Below are positions 40,001 through 49,812 of a stretch of DNA of 64,000 nt, piece after piece. Position numbers and translations under genes: made by a program. Below the pieces are notes generated by a model, which was not told where the DNA came from, made no database searches, and saw only the letters and a program-made list of their open reading frames with translations. Location: contig OX597827.1 in NCBI GenBank assembly GCA_951406725.2, forward strand, positions 38,812,001-38,876,000, given 5' to 3'. This DNA comes from Octopus vulgaris. Its lineage: Eukaryota. The first letter of the stretch is position 1. Each line of letters opens with the position of its first letter.

Positions 40001-41427
40001 TTCCCCTGGACAGAAGAATTTTTCACTGCCCCAATTCACATACATATAATTATACAAACACCACCACTACTGCAGAGCAGCATTGTCAATGAAATAGCCC
40101 AGATGGGAGAATATGTGTATAGTCATGTTGAATTATTAAATCAACAAGATACTACTATACTGTGAGAATCACTGTCCAGATGGGTGAATATATAAAGTGC
40201 AAGATACTCTATTGTAAGAAAACAAAGCACCAGAAGGACGGAGAAAGCAAAGAAAATGAATTTGAATATGTTCCATCTTTCCACTGACTAATTGCCGCAC
40301 AATTTAACTCCCACCCACCCCATAACACTTGCACCAGCCACATTGTTTCATAAACCCACAATGTAGATGTATAGCTGCTCAATTTGCAACGAAGTTGACT
40401 CAGCAAGGAGACAGGGTAGCCACTATAGCATAAAAGGGGACTGTTGTATTTTGAAGACAAGAGACACAAGGTTCCTTATATCACAAAGGAAGGCAACTTG
40501 TCTAGAAGAGTAATAGTAGTACTGCTAAAGTAATAAGGGGCAGTTTGAACAAGAATCATGTTGGAATTGTGAAGAAAGGTTGTCTGTAAAGAGATTCAAA
40601 CTTGGAATGCAAAAAAGTTTAATGAAATATAGCAAGGTATTTTATGCAACACTTTATATCAATTTTTCCATCCGATGTGCCCAGTATACACACTAAGGTA
40701 TGATACTACAATGAGTTAACATTTTTTCACAGTGACTTTTATTGGTTTGGTTTAGAGAAAGGAGCAGTGCCCATAGCTTTTGCAAGTACTCTGAGATCAA
40801 TGAAACTGATGCAGTTAATAATTATTATTCTTGAATAAAGCAGCAAGCTGGCAGAATTGCTAGCATGCTGGGCAAAATGCTTAGTGTCATTTTATCTGTC
40901 TTTATATTCTGAGTTCAGATTCTGCCAGAGTTGACTTTGCCTTTCATCATTTTGGGAGTTGATAAAATAAAATAAGTACAAGTTGAGCACTGGGGTCGAT
41001 AAAAATCGACCTCAAACTTGCTAGCTTTGTACCAAAATTTGAAACTAATATTCTTCTTGAAGGTAGGACTGGATGCAGTGGTTAGTGCAGGGTGAGATTA
41101 AATTGCCTGAGTGGAAGTGACAGGAGACTAGCTACTCTGAAGAGAAGGAGCAACTGTAATAGTCTAATACTTAAACATTCATATAAAGACAGAAAGCAGA
41201 CTTTTCAAAATATAGATTAATAAAAAGAAAAAAAAAACTTTATACACACAAACATTCACTTGATACTTTTGAAGTAAAACTTGAGAAAGAGCAGAGAGAA
41301 GAGACAAAATTATAGGATACTCACTGTATCGTTTTAGACCATCTTCTAAACAGAATGTTAAAGTTAATGTTGCATCATCTTCAAAGAATTCTGTTGCAAA
41401 GGCATCCCACCAAAGATTATCACTTTC
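14330..41427 (-). CDS. LDB2: LIM domain-binding protein (LDB1/LDB2/Chip orthologue), 5'-partial multi-exon CDS: join(41325-41427, 38484-38656, 36945-37067, 35114-35194, 28169-28292, 15990-16150, 14330-14557)
   Basis: Seven GT-AG exons (103+173+123+81+124+161+228 = 993 nt) join in frame without stops. The product carries hallmark LDB motifs: DNLWWDAFATEFFEDDA, TIGRTLIPRYFRSIFEGG, LCVILEPMQELMSRHK, KRRKRK (NLS) and DVMVVGEPTLMGGEFGDEDERLITRLEN (LID). Probably the single invertebrate co-orthologue; the symbol reflects LDB2-like residues. Confidence 0.96.
15990..16150 (-). CDS. LDB2: LDB exon with NLS (DTARPPSKRRKRKSSAGNNSTSGNVNSRDAVPPSGKQKRSPGPQGFNIASTAPG)
   Basis: Acceptor cttcagttacag|AT, donor GGG|gtaggt; 161 nt, phase 1 to 0; KRRKRK NLS and a K-x-K-R-S-P motif as in the LDB family. 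Confidence 0.92.
19106..19177 (-). CDS. LDB2: Candidate alternative (cassette) LDB exon (DNLLERISPFGNSPRLDTSPSKRK)
   Basis: Polypyrimidine acceptor tttatttctttacatctttag|AT, donor AAAG|gttaat; 72 nt, phase 1 to 1, open in the LDB frame. Confidence 0.6.
19279..19291 (+). promoter_or_regulatory. Perfect DR1 nuclear-receptor element
   Basis: AGGTCAAAGGTCA (AGGTCA-N-AGGTCA), about 100 bp from the candidate 72-nt exon. Confidence 0.35.
20305..20618. mobile_element. hAT-like MITE (about 310 bp)
   Basis: TIRs tagtggttctcaa / ttgagaaccactg; no clean TSD. Confidence 0.6.
21280..21655 (+). mobile_element. Diverged octopus-type SINE
   Basis: Head, (GT)n linker and tail (...tgccccagcgtcaccgtagtccagtgactgaaacc) are collinear with the reverse complement of 1150-1500. 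Confidence 0.7.
23571..23612 (-). CDS. Candidate alternative LDB mini-exon (ANVLLWSKNNVVKV)
   Basis: Acceptor ctgccttatcctcacag|CT, donor GTAG|gtaaag; 42 nt, phase 1 to 1, no stop. A competing donor (AAG|gtaggt) would give 38 nt. Confidence 0.35.
28169..28292 (-). CDS. LDB2: LDB exon, LCCD (LCVILEPMQELMSRHKAYGLNPRDCLKTTLFQKWQRMVAPP)
   Basis: Acceptor tttttacag|CTG, donor CCAG|gtaaag; 124 nt, phase 0 to 1; overlaps ORF 28017..28286. Confidence 0.96.
28360..28792. mobile_element. piggyBac-like MITE (family A, reverse orientation) with a SINE inserted at about 28465-28722
   Basis: TTAA-cccgttagcattt ... aatgctaaaggg-TTAA; the inner minus-strand SINE has a well-preserved head. Confidence 0.8.
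29120..29865 (-). repeat. Cluster of about four same-orientation SINE copies of a second family (Nin/Deu-domain-like)
   Basis: Repeated ctggtacttattttattgacccc...aaggatgaaaggcaaagttgacct...gatttgaactcagaa motif; the best copy is 29520-29725. Confidence 0.7.
34605..34805 (-). mobile_element. tRNA-derived SINE of a third family
   Basis: Reverse complement begins tggcttagtggttagtgtgttgaactcatgatcgcaag...tgattcctgg (A/B-box-like), then tgttgtgatcttgagcgaaaca. Confidence 0.65.
35114..35194 (-). CDS. LDB2: LDB exon, start of LCCD (QDPAMVEQLSKNITRQGLTNYTLNFLR)
   Basis: Acceptor cttttacag|CAA, donor CGG|gtgagt; 81 nt. Confidence 0.95.
36655..36815 (+). repeat. LINE/SINE 3'-tail repeat (RTE-like tail)
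   Basis: tggttggcattaggaagggcatccagctgtagaaa...gttaaatgatgat; related copies at about 200-310 (+) and 56980-57140 (-). Confidence 0.6.
36945..37067 (-). CDS. LDB2: LDB exon (VVTEGRLILEFTFDDLMRIRSWHFATRQHRELIPRSVIAMQ)
   Basis: Acceptor ttctacag|GTA, donor CAG|gtaatg; 123 nt, phase 0 to 0. Confidence 0.95.
38484..38656 (-). CDS. LDB2: LDB exon (TIGRTLIPRYFRSIFEGGITDLYYLLKHPKESFHNTTISLDCDQAMMITHHGKPMFTK)
   Basis: Acceptor ccccatttcag|CA, donor AAG|gtactg; 173 nt, phase 1 to 0. Confidence 0.95.
40838..41050 (+). mobile_element. SINE of the second family (Nin/Deu-domain-like), near full length
   Basis: agctggcagaattgctagcatgctgggcaaaatgcttag...gagttcagattctgccagagttgactttgcctttcatc...gagcactggggtcgat. 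Confidence 0.75.
41325..41427 (-). CDS. LDB2: LDB exon, dimerization domain (ESDNLWWDAFATEFFEDDATLTLTFCLEDGLKRY)
   Basis: Acceptor ctcacag|GAA, donor TACA|gtgagt; 103 nt, phase 0 to 1. Confidence 0.95.
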
Positions 41428-44242
41428 CTGTGAGATAAAAAAAGAGAGAGAGAATAAATTTAAAATGTCAAAAACAATCTGAATATTGCTTCAATATATT
41501 TCTATGTAAGAGTTGGACAAGACAAAATCAGTAAAGTACCAGATAACAAGACACTCAGCTTTAAAAAGAATGGCTCTGTAAAATTATTGGAATTATTATT
41601 TAAAAATTTGAAATTTAATAAGTTATTTCTAATCATATTATGAATGCCGAATAGACCTAGATATAAGAAGTCTAAAAATAAAGATGGGAGGGGTTTTTTA
41701 CAATTCAGTACATTTAATCATTCATTTGTTGGATCATGTATGATCCGGGAATTAAGCAACAAACCACAGACCAAAGGCAATACATTGGATTTGAATTACT
41801 TAACTTAAGATTGATTTCCTAGAGGTGGTGGTGGTTTTTTTATACCCTTCCACAGATCAACTTTGACCTACAGACTCATATGCACACCTGTCTTTTTTTT
41901 TTTTTATTAAAAATAGCAATGTGTGAAATTTGGCTAGTGTTTCTAGCAGATCAAATGAGATCATAGACAATCCCTCAAAGCCCCATTTTTTCAGAGAGAG
42001 GAAAAGTGTGGTGGTGAAGACATTAGTAAGACCACAATGCAAATGCTTGTTTCTTGGTCTCCACACATAGCCAATGTCAAGAGGAAAACAAAGAGCAAGT
42101 GAGGAGTAATCAATCCTAGTATTTGAATGGTACTTTGCTTATTGATCTCCAGAGGGATGTAAGGTGGAGTGAACTCATAGCACAGAGAGCAGAAAAAAAA
42201 GAAGAAAAAGCAAAGCATTCTAGCTGATTCTCTTATGAATTCACTACCTCCATGTGGGGTGGTGCGATAGTGGTGAAGAGTCACCCAACCCCAGCATAGT
42301 GTATTAGTAATACTTTATGCAATTTACTAAGGACAGGTGAAAGGTCCAGATTTGAAATCAGAATGCAATGGCACAAACAAAATGCTCTATAAAGCATTTA
42401 AATTAGACACTTAGTAATGTATATGGCCACTAATAGTAACTTGCTACAGTGGCAAGGGTTTTTTCTATTTTCTTCCTGACCCCATCCCCAGAGAAAATTC
42501 TGAATTCTAATTAAAAGGAATGTACTAAATGGCACTGTAAATTTCCCCGCTCCTGACACCTATTCATGATTGATTTCTTACATTGGCACAAATGAAAGTG
42601 TGGTTGTATGGTTAAGAACACTACTTCTGAACTATGTGAGTCCAGGTTTAATTCTACTGCAGAGCACCTTGGACAAGTGTCTTTTATCATAGCCTCAGGT
42701 TGATCAATAACTTCGTGAGTAGAATTTAGTAGATGGAAGTGTGTGTGTGTGTGCGTGTGCGAGAGAGATATATCAAAAGATAAAAATATTGAGTAAAAAG
42801 AAAAACAGGTGGTGCTTTATTTTCATAAATATAAAGTACAAGACGAATTGCCCATTGAAAACATATGCCTGGTGATGCTAAGAGTGATGAAGGCAGGAAA
42901 TCATAGTCAAATCCAGAATGTAAAAGAATGAAACTTAATGTTGTAGGACATTTAACCCTTTTGATGTCAGACCTTTGACATCAGTTTAATAAACCAACAC
43001 ACAGTTCATTTACTAAACTCCTCCCAATTCAGTTATTTTCAAAATTACTTGAAACACACAGCCAGTGTAATGTATTATATTAGAAATATAATCACACAAG
43101 TAAAAAGCTAAGTAAAAATTTGCATACAGTCTCTTATATTAATCACTACATTTAAGAATATAGCCATAAAAGGATTTTAAAAGATTCACACACACACAGC
43201 CCTCTGAGATTTTGTAAATGTGTTAGATTTATGACTTGTTGATCCATCATTTGCTCTCTTTTTTTCGCCTTTTGAAATTCTCCTCCCTGTAAACCAAGTT
43301 TTAAAATGCTTAAACTCATCCTCAGACAGCACACAGATGAGCATGTGGGTCTGTATAATGTGCATGTGTGTATATTATACATGCATGCACATATGTCACT
43401 TATTTATTAACATACAAGTTTGCAGGACTTTCACTGGGACAGAACTTAAAAGCCTTTATTTATTTCCAGTATTTAACCACTTATTTCATAGAAAATCTGC
43501 ATATAAGAAGAGACATGTAAGCTCAATTAAAGCACATGTCAAAATAATACAGCACAAACAGGAAAACTATTGAAAATGTGTTTCACTAATTTTTGTTTTA
43601 ATCTAAAGCTCTGCATTTCAAGCCACTGATCCATCAGTATAAATAATAACTCACTGAAAATTATTCAAACTTTGATCATTTTGTCTTTTTGTAGGCAATG
43701 TACATTCAGGATAGCATTATCTAACATTTTCTTCTTTTTAAGAGAGCAGGATGTAATTTGAGGGAGATTCAGTTGCTATTTTTAGTAGGCTGAACAGTTG
43801 CATAGAAGATCCTAATGAGATTGACTAACACAGCTCAGGCCACAGATACTTAGATGAAGGGAAATATAATGCTTTTATAACAAGAACAATACATGAATAC
43901 ACACACACACAGTGTCGATCCTACCAAACCATGAAAACAGTTTAGCTCTGCAAGTATTATGGATCAACAACCTTATTAACCAGGTAATAGTCTTACAAAT
44001 CTAGGTTTTCAACAGGTTTTACCAGTTTAAAAGAACTCATGTAAAAACCTAGTAGAGAACCTGCTCCCTGGTCTTTGAGAGTGGAGTCAGTAGAGATACT
44101 TTAGGTATGGAGAAGACTGACTACCAGTGTGCTAGTACTTGTGCAGGGACCTTTTGCCTTTTGTAGGCGTGTGAGGAGATAGTGACACGTATATATATGC
44201 ATGTACGTGTGAGCGCGCGTGTACATGTATGTATGATGTATG

Positions 44243-44288
<46 letters not shown>

Positions 44289-44729
44289 GGAGAAAGAGAG
44301 AGAGAGATACCGTAGCAAGTTATAATGAAAATATATATAAAAAAATCCCTCAGAGTCACTTCCCTTGAATAAAAAATAAAAATAACCTTTCTTCAAGATA
44401 AACAAGCCATGTCACTTGTCAGTTTTTACTAAGCAAAATAAAAATAAATAAATAAATTTTCCATTGATGTTCTGGTAAATCAAAATTGACAGATAAGGAA
44501 GGAAGCCTTATCTATAACTAAGATATTAAGAACATGCTAAATGAAAAATCCAACTCATTGAGCGGGTGTGGGAGCTGATTATACACACATACATATACAA
44601 GAGCTGTGAAACCTCATACAAAACTCCATGGCATGTTCAAAATGGAGGCTACGTAAGCCAGTGAGGGAAATTCTATGATGCTACCTGGCTTACCAGCCAA
44701 AACAAGACATAAAATAAATAAATAAAACC

Positions 44730-45133
44730 GGGTCTTTTCGGTTTGAACGGCAGTTTTTAAAAGTAATTTCCACGTAACTAAACACTTTTAAACTTCGTAT
44801 ACTGATAGAATGTGTTTATAAAACATCTTTTTCTCTTGGCTTTATTGAGAACATTCTCTAGTTTGTAAGATATTTGTTGGTTTTTTTCTTCAATTTCTAC
44901 AATTTCAACCAATCAATGACGTCTATTGAGTTGAAAACATTCTGTGCCGTATGAATATGTCCCTCGTTTAAGAAACAGATTGGGTTTATTTACATTTCTG
45001 AAGAAAAAAGATACCCCCACCCCATAACCCTAAAACAGATTGAAATGCAATAGACCGATACTAGAGTCATAATTATGAGTGACAATTTCATATAACACCG
45101 CTAGAAAAACTGCCGTTCAAACCGAAAAGATCC
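44730..45133. mobile_element. Young-looking MITE with GG-ended TIRs and 8-bp TSD (Merlin-like)
   Basis: 29-bp TIRs gggtcttttcggtttgaacggcagttttt / aaaaactgccgttcaaaccgaaaagatcc (1 mismatch); TSD ataaaacc / ataaaact. Confidence 0.85.
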
Positions 45134-45929
45134 ATAAAACTCTCAATGCTTTTTTGAAAAGTAGGCTATGCTCTACTTAGTTTTTACTTTCTCTTTTTCC
45201 CAGTGCCAGGTCACAAAACAGAAGGTTGACCACATCTAGAAGCACTAACCAGGAAAATATAGTGTAATTCAGACCAAGTAGTGGGATATCGGTTTATTTA
45301 CATGCGTAGAACTGGGGAATTTGTAGGGGAATTGCTGCTCCCCTCTACATTATTCAAATGGCCTGTTTCTGCGCATCTTTTCAAGTGGAAGTGACCCCAC
45401 AATATTGCTACTAGTTAAGTTCAAATGTCGAATCACTCAGATGCACCAATAACTTTGATCATTATTAATGATTTATACAAAGCACAAGGAACTTCCTTGT
45501 TTGCTTTCGCGCTTCTTTGAAATTTACATATTCAACCACACACACACACACACACAGAGGATATCATACAGAAAGATCACTACACAGGGAATTCAGCAGA
45601 ATCAAGCATCATGTGCAATTCCTATATATGTATGAACACACACACACATTTGGAAATGGAAATGGGGAGAAAAAAATTGCTACGGTTGAGTGTATTTGTG
45701 CAAAGTCAATGGTTCGTTCCATAGCTATGTACGCGCGCACACGCAGATGTAGCGACCATAGAATGAATGAATACAAAGTTAAAAGAAAGTCTTTTGAGTT
45801 TAAGTTATTTGGTGGTAGTGGAGCAGGGAGTAAAAGAAAAATATGTTTTAACCTGTGCCAGGTCATGTTGAAGTTGTATAAGAAACGGCAGTGCTAACTG
45901 ATGTGTGCGTGTACACACAAACACGTGTA

Positions 45930-46320
45930 GTCATGGTCATGTGGTTAACAAGTTCGCTTCTTAATAATGTGGTTTTGTGTTTAGTCTCATTGCATGATAC
46001 CCTGGGCACATGTGTTCTGTGATACCCAGGGACTGACAAAAGCCTTATAAGTGGATTTTATAGATGGAAACTGAAAGAAACCCATTATACATCAGTCTGA
46101 GTTTGTTTACTTTTGCACTCCCTCCAAAATCGCATAGCTATGAGTGAAGTTGCTACCACTTCCTTTATCAACATGTCGGCTGCTGGCGTTGTACTTTTGA
46201 TGACGTGTGGAATAAGATATCTCTTTGTAGAACAGGACATTCGGCTAGAAAAGAATGCCTCAAAACAACATATCTGTGCAACCCATCACGGCATGGAAAA
46301 ACGGATGGATAATAACAATA
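45930..46320 (+). mobile_element. Diverged SINE (tRNA head with RTE-like tail)
   Basis: gtggttaacaagttcgctt...gtggattttatagatggaaactgaaagaa...catggaaaaacggatg(aat)n; same architecture as 61470-61880. Confidence 0.6.
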
Positions 46321-47176
46321 ATAATAATACACACACATCATTCCTACATTTAATACCTGTTTATACACCTTAGCAGAGCGACTGGCAATAATGCCAACAC
46401 CATAACCATTTTGCTCAAGCAAGGAATACCAACATTTACAAGCGGACGCCCACCTCCACAAAGGGCTTCTTTCAGCTTCTGCCTGCTCTAAGATTACAGA
46501 GAAGGCACACAAGGTACTGTGCAGCAGTACCAAACTCCAAAGCATGTCTTTGCAAAGCAAACTTCTTAACTGCAACTTTTGTGCATTTATACACATATCT
46601 ACACACACACACATGCATATATAAACGCAAACACATATATACCTATTGTACAAATAGTCTTTTGCAGTTTCCATACTTTAAGTCATACAAGAAACAAAGA
46701 ACTATGATTTGGTACCTCAGATAGAAATGGAATGCTGGCAAGCTGGCAACCAGAAGAATGACAAATGCTTAAATGTTAGAAATAAAGACGAGAAAACAAC
46801 AAACTAGAAAAAAAAAAAAATCCAAAATAAAAACAACCAAATCTAAAATTAAACTATGATAATAATGGTGCCTGATAGCTGATGTCATTGACCCCCAGTG
46901 TTAGACTTGCACTTTATATTATTGATGGCAGAGGGGTGTGCTTTTTGCCTTGGGCACAATGCCAGCATTTTTGAGGAGAGGAGTATTAGTCAATATTGTC
47001 AACTCAATACTAAACTGGCATTCTATTTTATTGACCCTGGAAGGATGAAATGCAAAGCTTGATCTCAGTGGAATTTGAACTCAGAATATAATTTTAGGCG
47101 CACTGCTAGCAATTTTGGTACGCAAGGGCATTATTGATACCACTGGCACTAGTACTTGATTGCTATCCTATTTCAA

Positions 47177-47335
47177 CCCTTTTACTGCAAAAATCAGACG
47201 TATCCACTTAAAATTTCATTACTCTTAACTGTGGGAAAGCAGTTTTAAATATAAATCTATGTTATGTTTGAAACTATTTTTGGTAGATATTTAACATCAT
47301 TACGGGAACAACCAAGAAATTTTGTAGTTAAAGGG
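47177..47335. mobile_element. Short piggyBac-like MITE inserted in a SINE
   Basis: cccttttactgcaaaa / ttttgtagttaaaggg with tcaa/ttaa flanks; SINE sequence resumes on both sides. Confidence 0.6.
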
Positions 47336-47906
47336 TTAAGAACTATGAAGGGATGAAATGGAAAGTTGGTTGGCCACGGTAGAATTTGAACTCAAAATAT
47401 AAAAGAGCCAGAATGAATACTACAAAAGCATCTTGTCTGATTGCTTAAACAATCTTGTCCGGCCAAATTATATACATACATATCTATATAACTATATATT
47501 ATATAAAGCTGTTTATTTTATTTTAGTTTTTTATTTTATTTTCCGAAGAAGCAATAACAAATTCATAAAATTTCTGTGCTATTTCAAAATTGTGGCTATT
47601 CAAAAATGCACCTTAACACAAAAAAAAAAAAAGAAAAAGAAAATCTTTGAGAAGACATCAATAAATAAATGGATGATTAAATATAATAAAATTATACGAA
47701 AATCTAAAATAAAATATACCCCTTCACTGCTTCCAATATTAATTGAAATCTATGTTACAAGCATAAAATTTGAGAAAAATATAAAAGAAAATAAATTATG
47801 AAAATTCTATTTTATTTTTTTTAAAGAAATAATAGCATTATCTGATATACCAACAGACACCTGTCCTAGTTTTTCGAAAATCTGGATGACACCAAGGTCT
47901 AGGAAT

Positions 47907-47920
47907 GTTGCCATGACAAC
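47907..47920. promoter_or_regulatory. RFX X-box motif
   Basis: GTTGCCATGACAAC, one mismatch from the palindromic X-box GTTGCCATGGCAAC; not in a recognisable repeat. Confidence 0.45.
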
Positions 47921-48550
47921 TAGACCTCTTTATTGATTCTGTAGGCTACCCAACTAAAGCAAGGCAAGGAAGCCAAGTAGCAGTATATGGCAAGCCACTG
48001 CCACTACTGCAGAGAGAGGGAGAGAGAGAGAGTGTGTGTGTGTGCACACGTATGGTGCTTGCTGCCAATACTTACTGCTTTCTGAAACAGCAGACAAGAC
48101 AGCAGCGGCGGCGGCAGAACAGCAGTAATGGTTGTAGTCATGGACGACTTAACAACTACAGAGCTGCTGATGGTGGTGGTGGAGGTGGTGGTGCTGCTGA
48201 TGGTAGAGGTTAGTGGTGTTGTTACTGATGATGGTAATGGTAGTGCTGCTACTGCTACTGTATGTTCAAGCAGCCCTCAAAGAGGAAGTAATATTACCTT
48301 AAAACTTTTATTCAGGAACCAAACAAGATACATTCATTCTACCTCAAGCCCTTTATTTAAGACATTTTTGAAGCATCACAGAGCAACACCAAAATTTTCT
48401 TTGATACATTTGTTAAATTCTCCTTTTGTGAAAGAAAATGAAACTGTTTAAGGATGAATTTCTCCATGTAGCAGCAAACGCTTGAATAGTGTTGGGGAGA
48501 AGGAACTGGGCAAGTGAAAGTATTTGATATGCCAAAGAAACAGAGAGAGC

Positions 48551-48589
<39 letters not shown>

Positions 48590-49775
48590 GTGTATGTTTT
48601 GTGTGTATATATATATATGCACAAATCTTTTTAATAAAGGACATGTATGGTAGCTTGTGATCCCATGCCATTCCTGGAGTTATTAAAGGAGACAAAAATC
48701 AGCACACTGCCAAAAAAGCAGACAAAATTTGTAAATTATGGTGAAAAGCACTAGTGCTTTCATTTAACTCACCACAAAGCCCTGATTGTATCTTAGTGGG
48801 AAGTTGTGGCACTCAAAAATATAACGAAGAACATTAATGGCCCAAATTAAGCGAACTGATTCAGAAAAAGAATTAAATTCCTAAATCCATTTAATAATGG
48901 TTTCAAATTTTGTCACATGGCCAGCAATCTCAGGTGGGGAGTAAGTCAAATCCATTTAATTATAGTTTCTTTTATTGTCCCAAGGGTGATGATTGAAGGA
49001 TTTTTATGAAGTACAAAACTGTGGGTTGTTGTGTGTTTACTTCAAGTGTGTAAGAAAAAATAAATGAAAACAAGATACAATGACATGAAATATATTGTAG
49101 ATGTATTCCAATAGAGAGACAGGCACCTTAGGCCAAATCCATTGAATAGTAATGATTTCTAACACTGGCACAGGGCCAGATATTTATTGTAAAAGAGGAG
49201 CAGTATAGTGAGTTGTTCATTTGCATTAACCATAATATACAAGTATTAATGTTTATAAACTCTGAAGAGAATGAAACTTGAATTCAACTGATAGAATTTG
49301 AATTTGGAGTGAATGTAACCGAACACTACAAAGCGTTTATTCCAACACATTCATTTTGGGATTAGAAAATGAATTTGTAGAAGAGAGGAGCATTGGTAAT
49401 TGGGTTGCCTCTCACAAAACTACTGGTACCTTGCCAGGGAATATGGCAAAAGCAATTTCAAAGAGCAGTCTCCATCAATGTGACAATGCTAATAACAAGC
49501 TGCAAAATAGACACCTGGAAGAGAGCATGGCCAACTGAAATACTCTCAATGTATACCTAGTTACCATGACTGTGAATTTGTGATTGAATCCAGACCAGTA
49601 CATGTCTACTACTTATTTTGCTTACCCAAGAGGTGGATCAAGCAAAAGGATTTGAACCCAGAAAACAAAAGTACATAATAAATACCACAAAGCATTTAAT
49701 CTAAGCACTACCACTTCAGCCATTCCTTTGCTTGCATCAATATATTATATTATTTGATATTTTATGGTACCATTA

Positions 49776-49812
<37 letters not shown>

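Noticed and set aside
48128-48451. 107-aa plus-strand Val-rich ORF
   Set aside because: It derives from (GGT)n/(GCT)n low-complexity sequence with no homology recognised. The minus-strand donor is the better-supported signal here.
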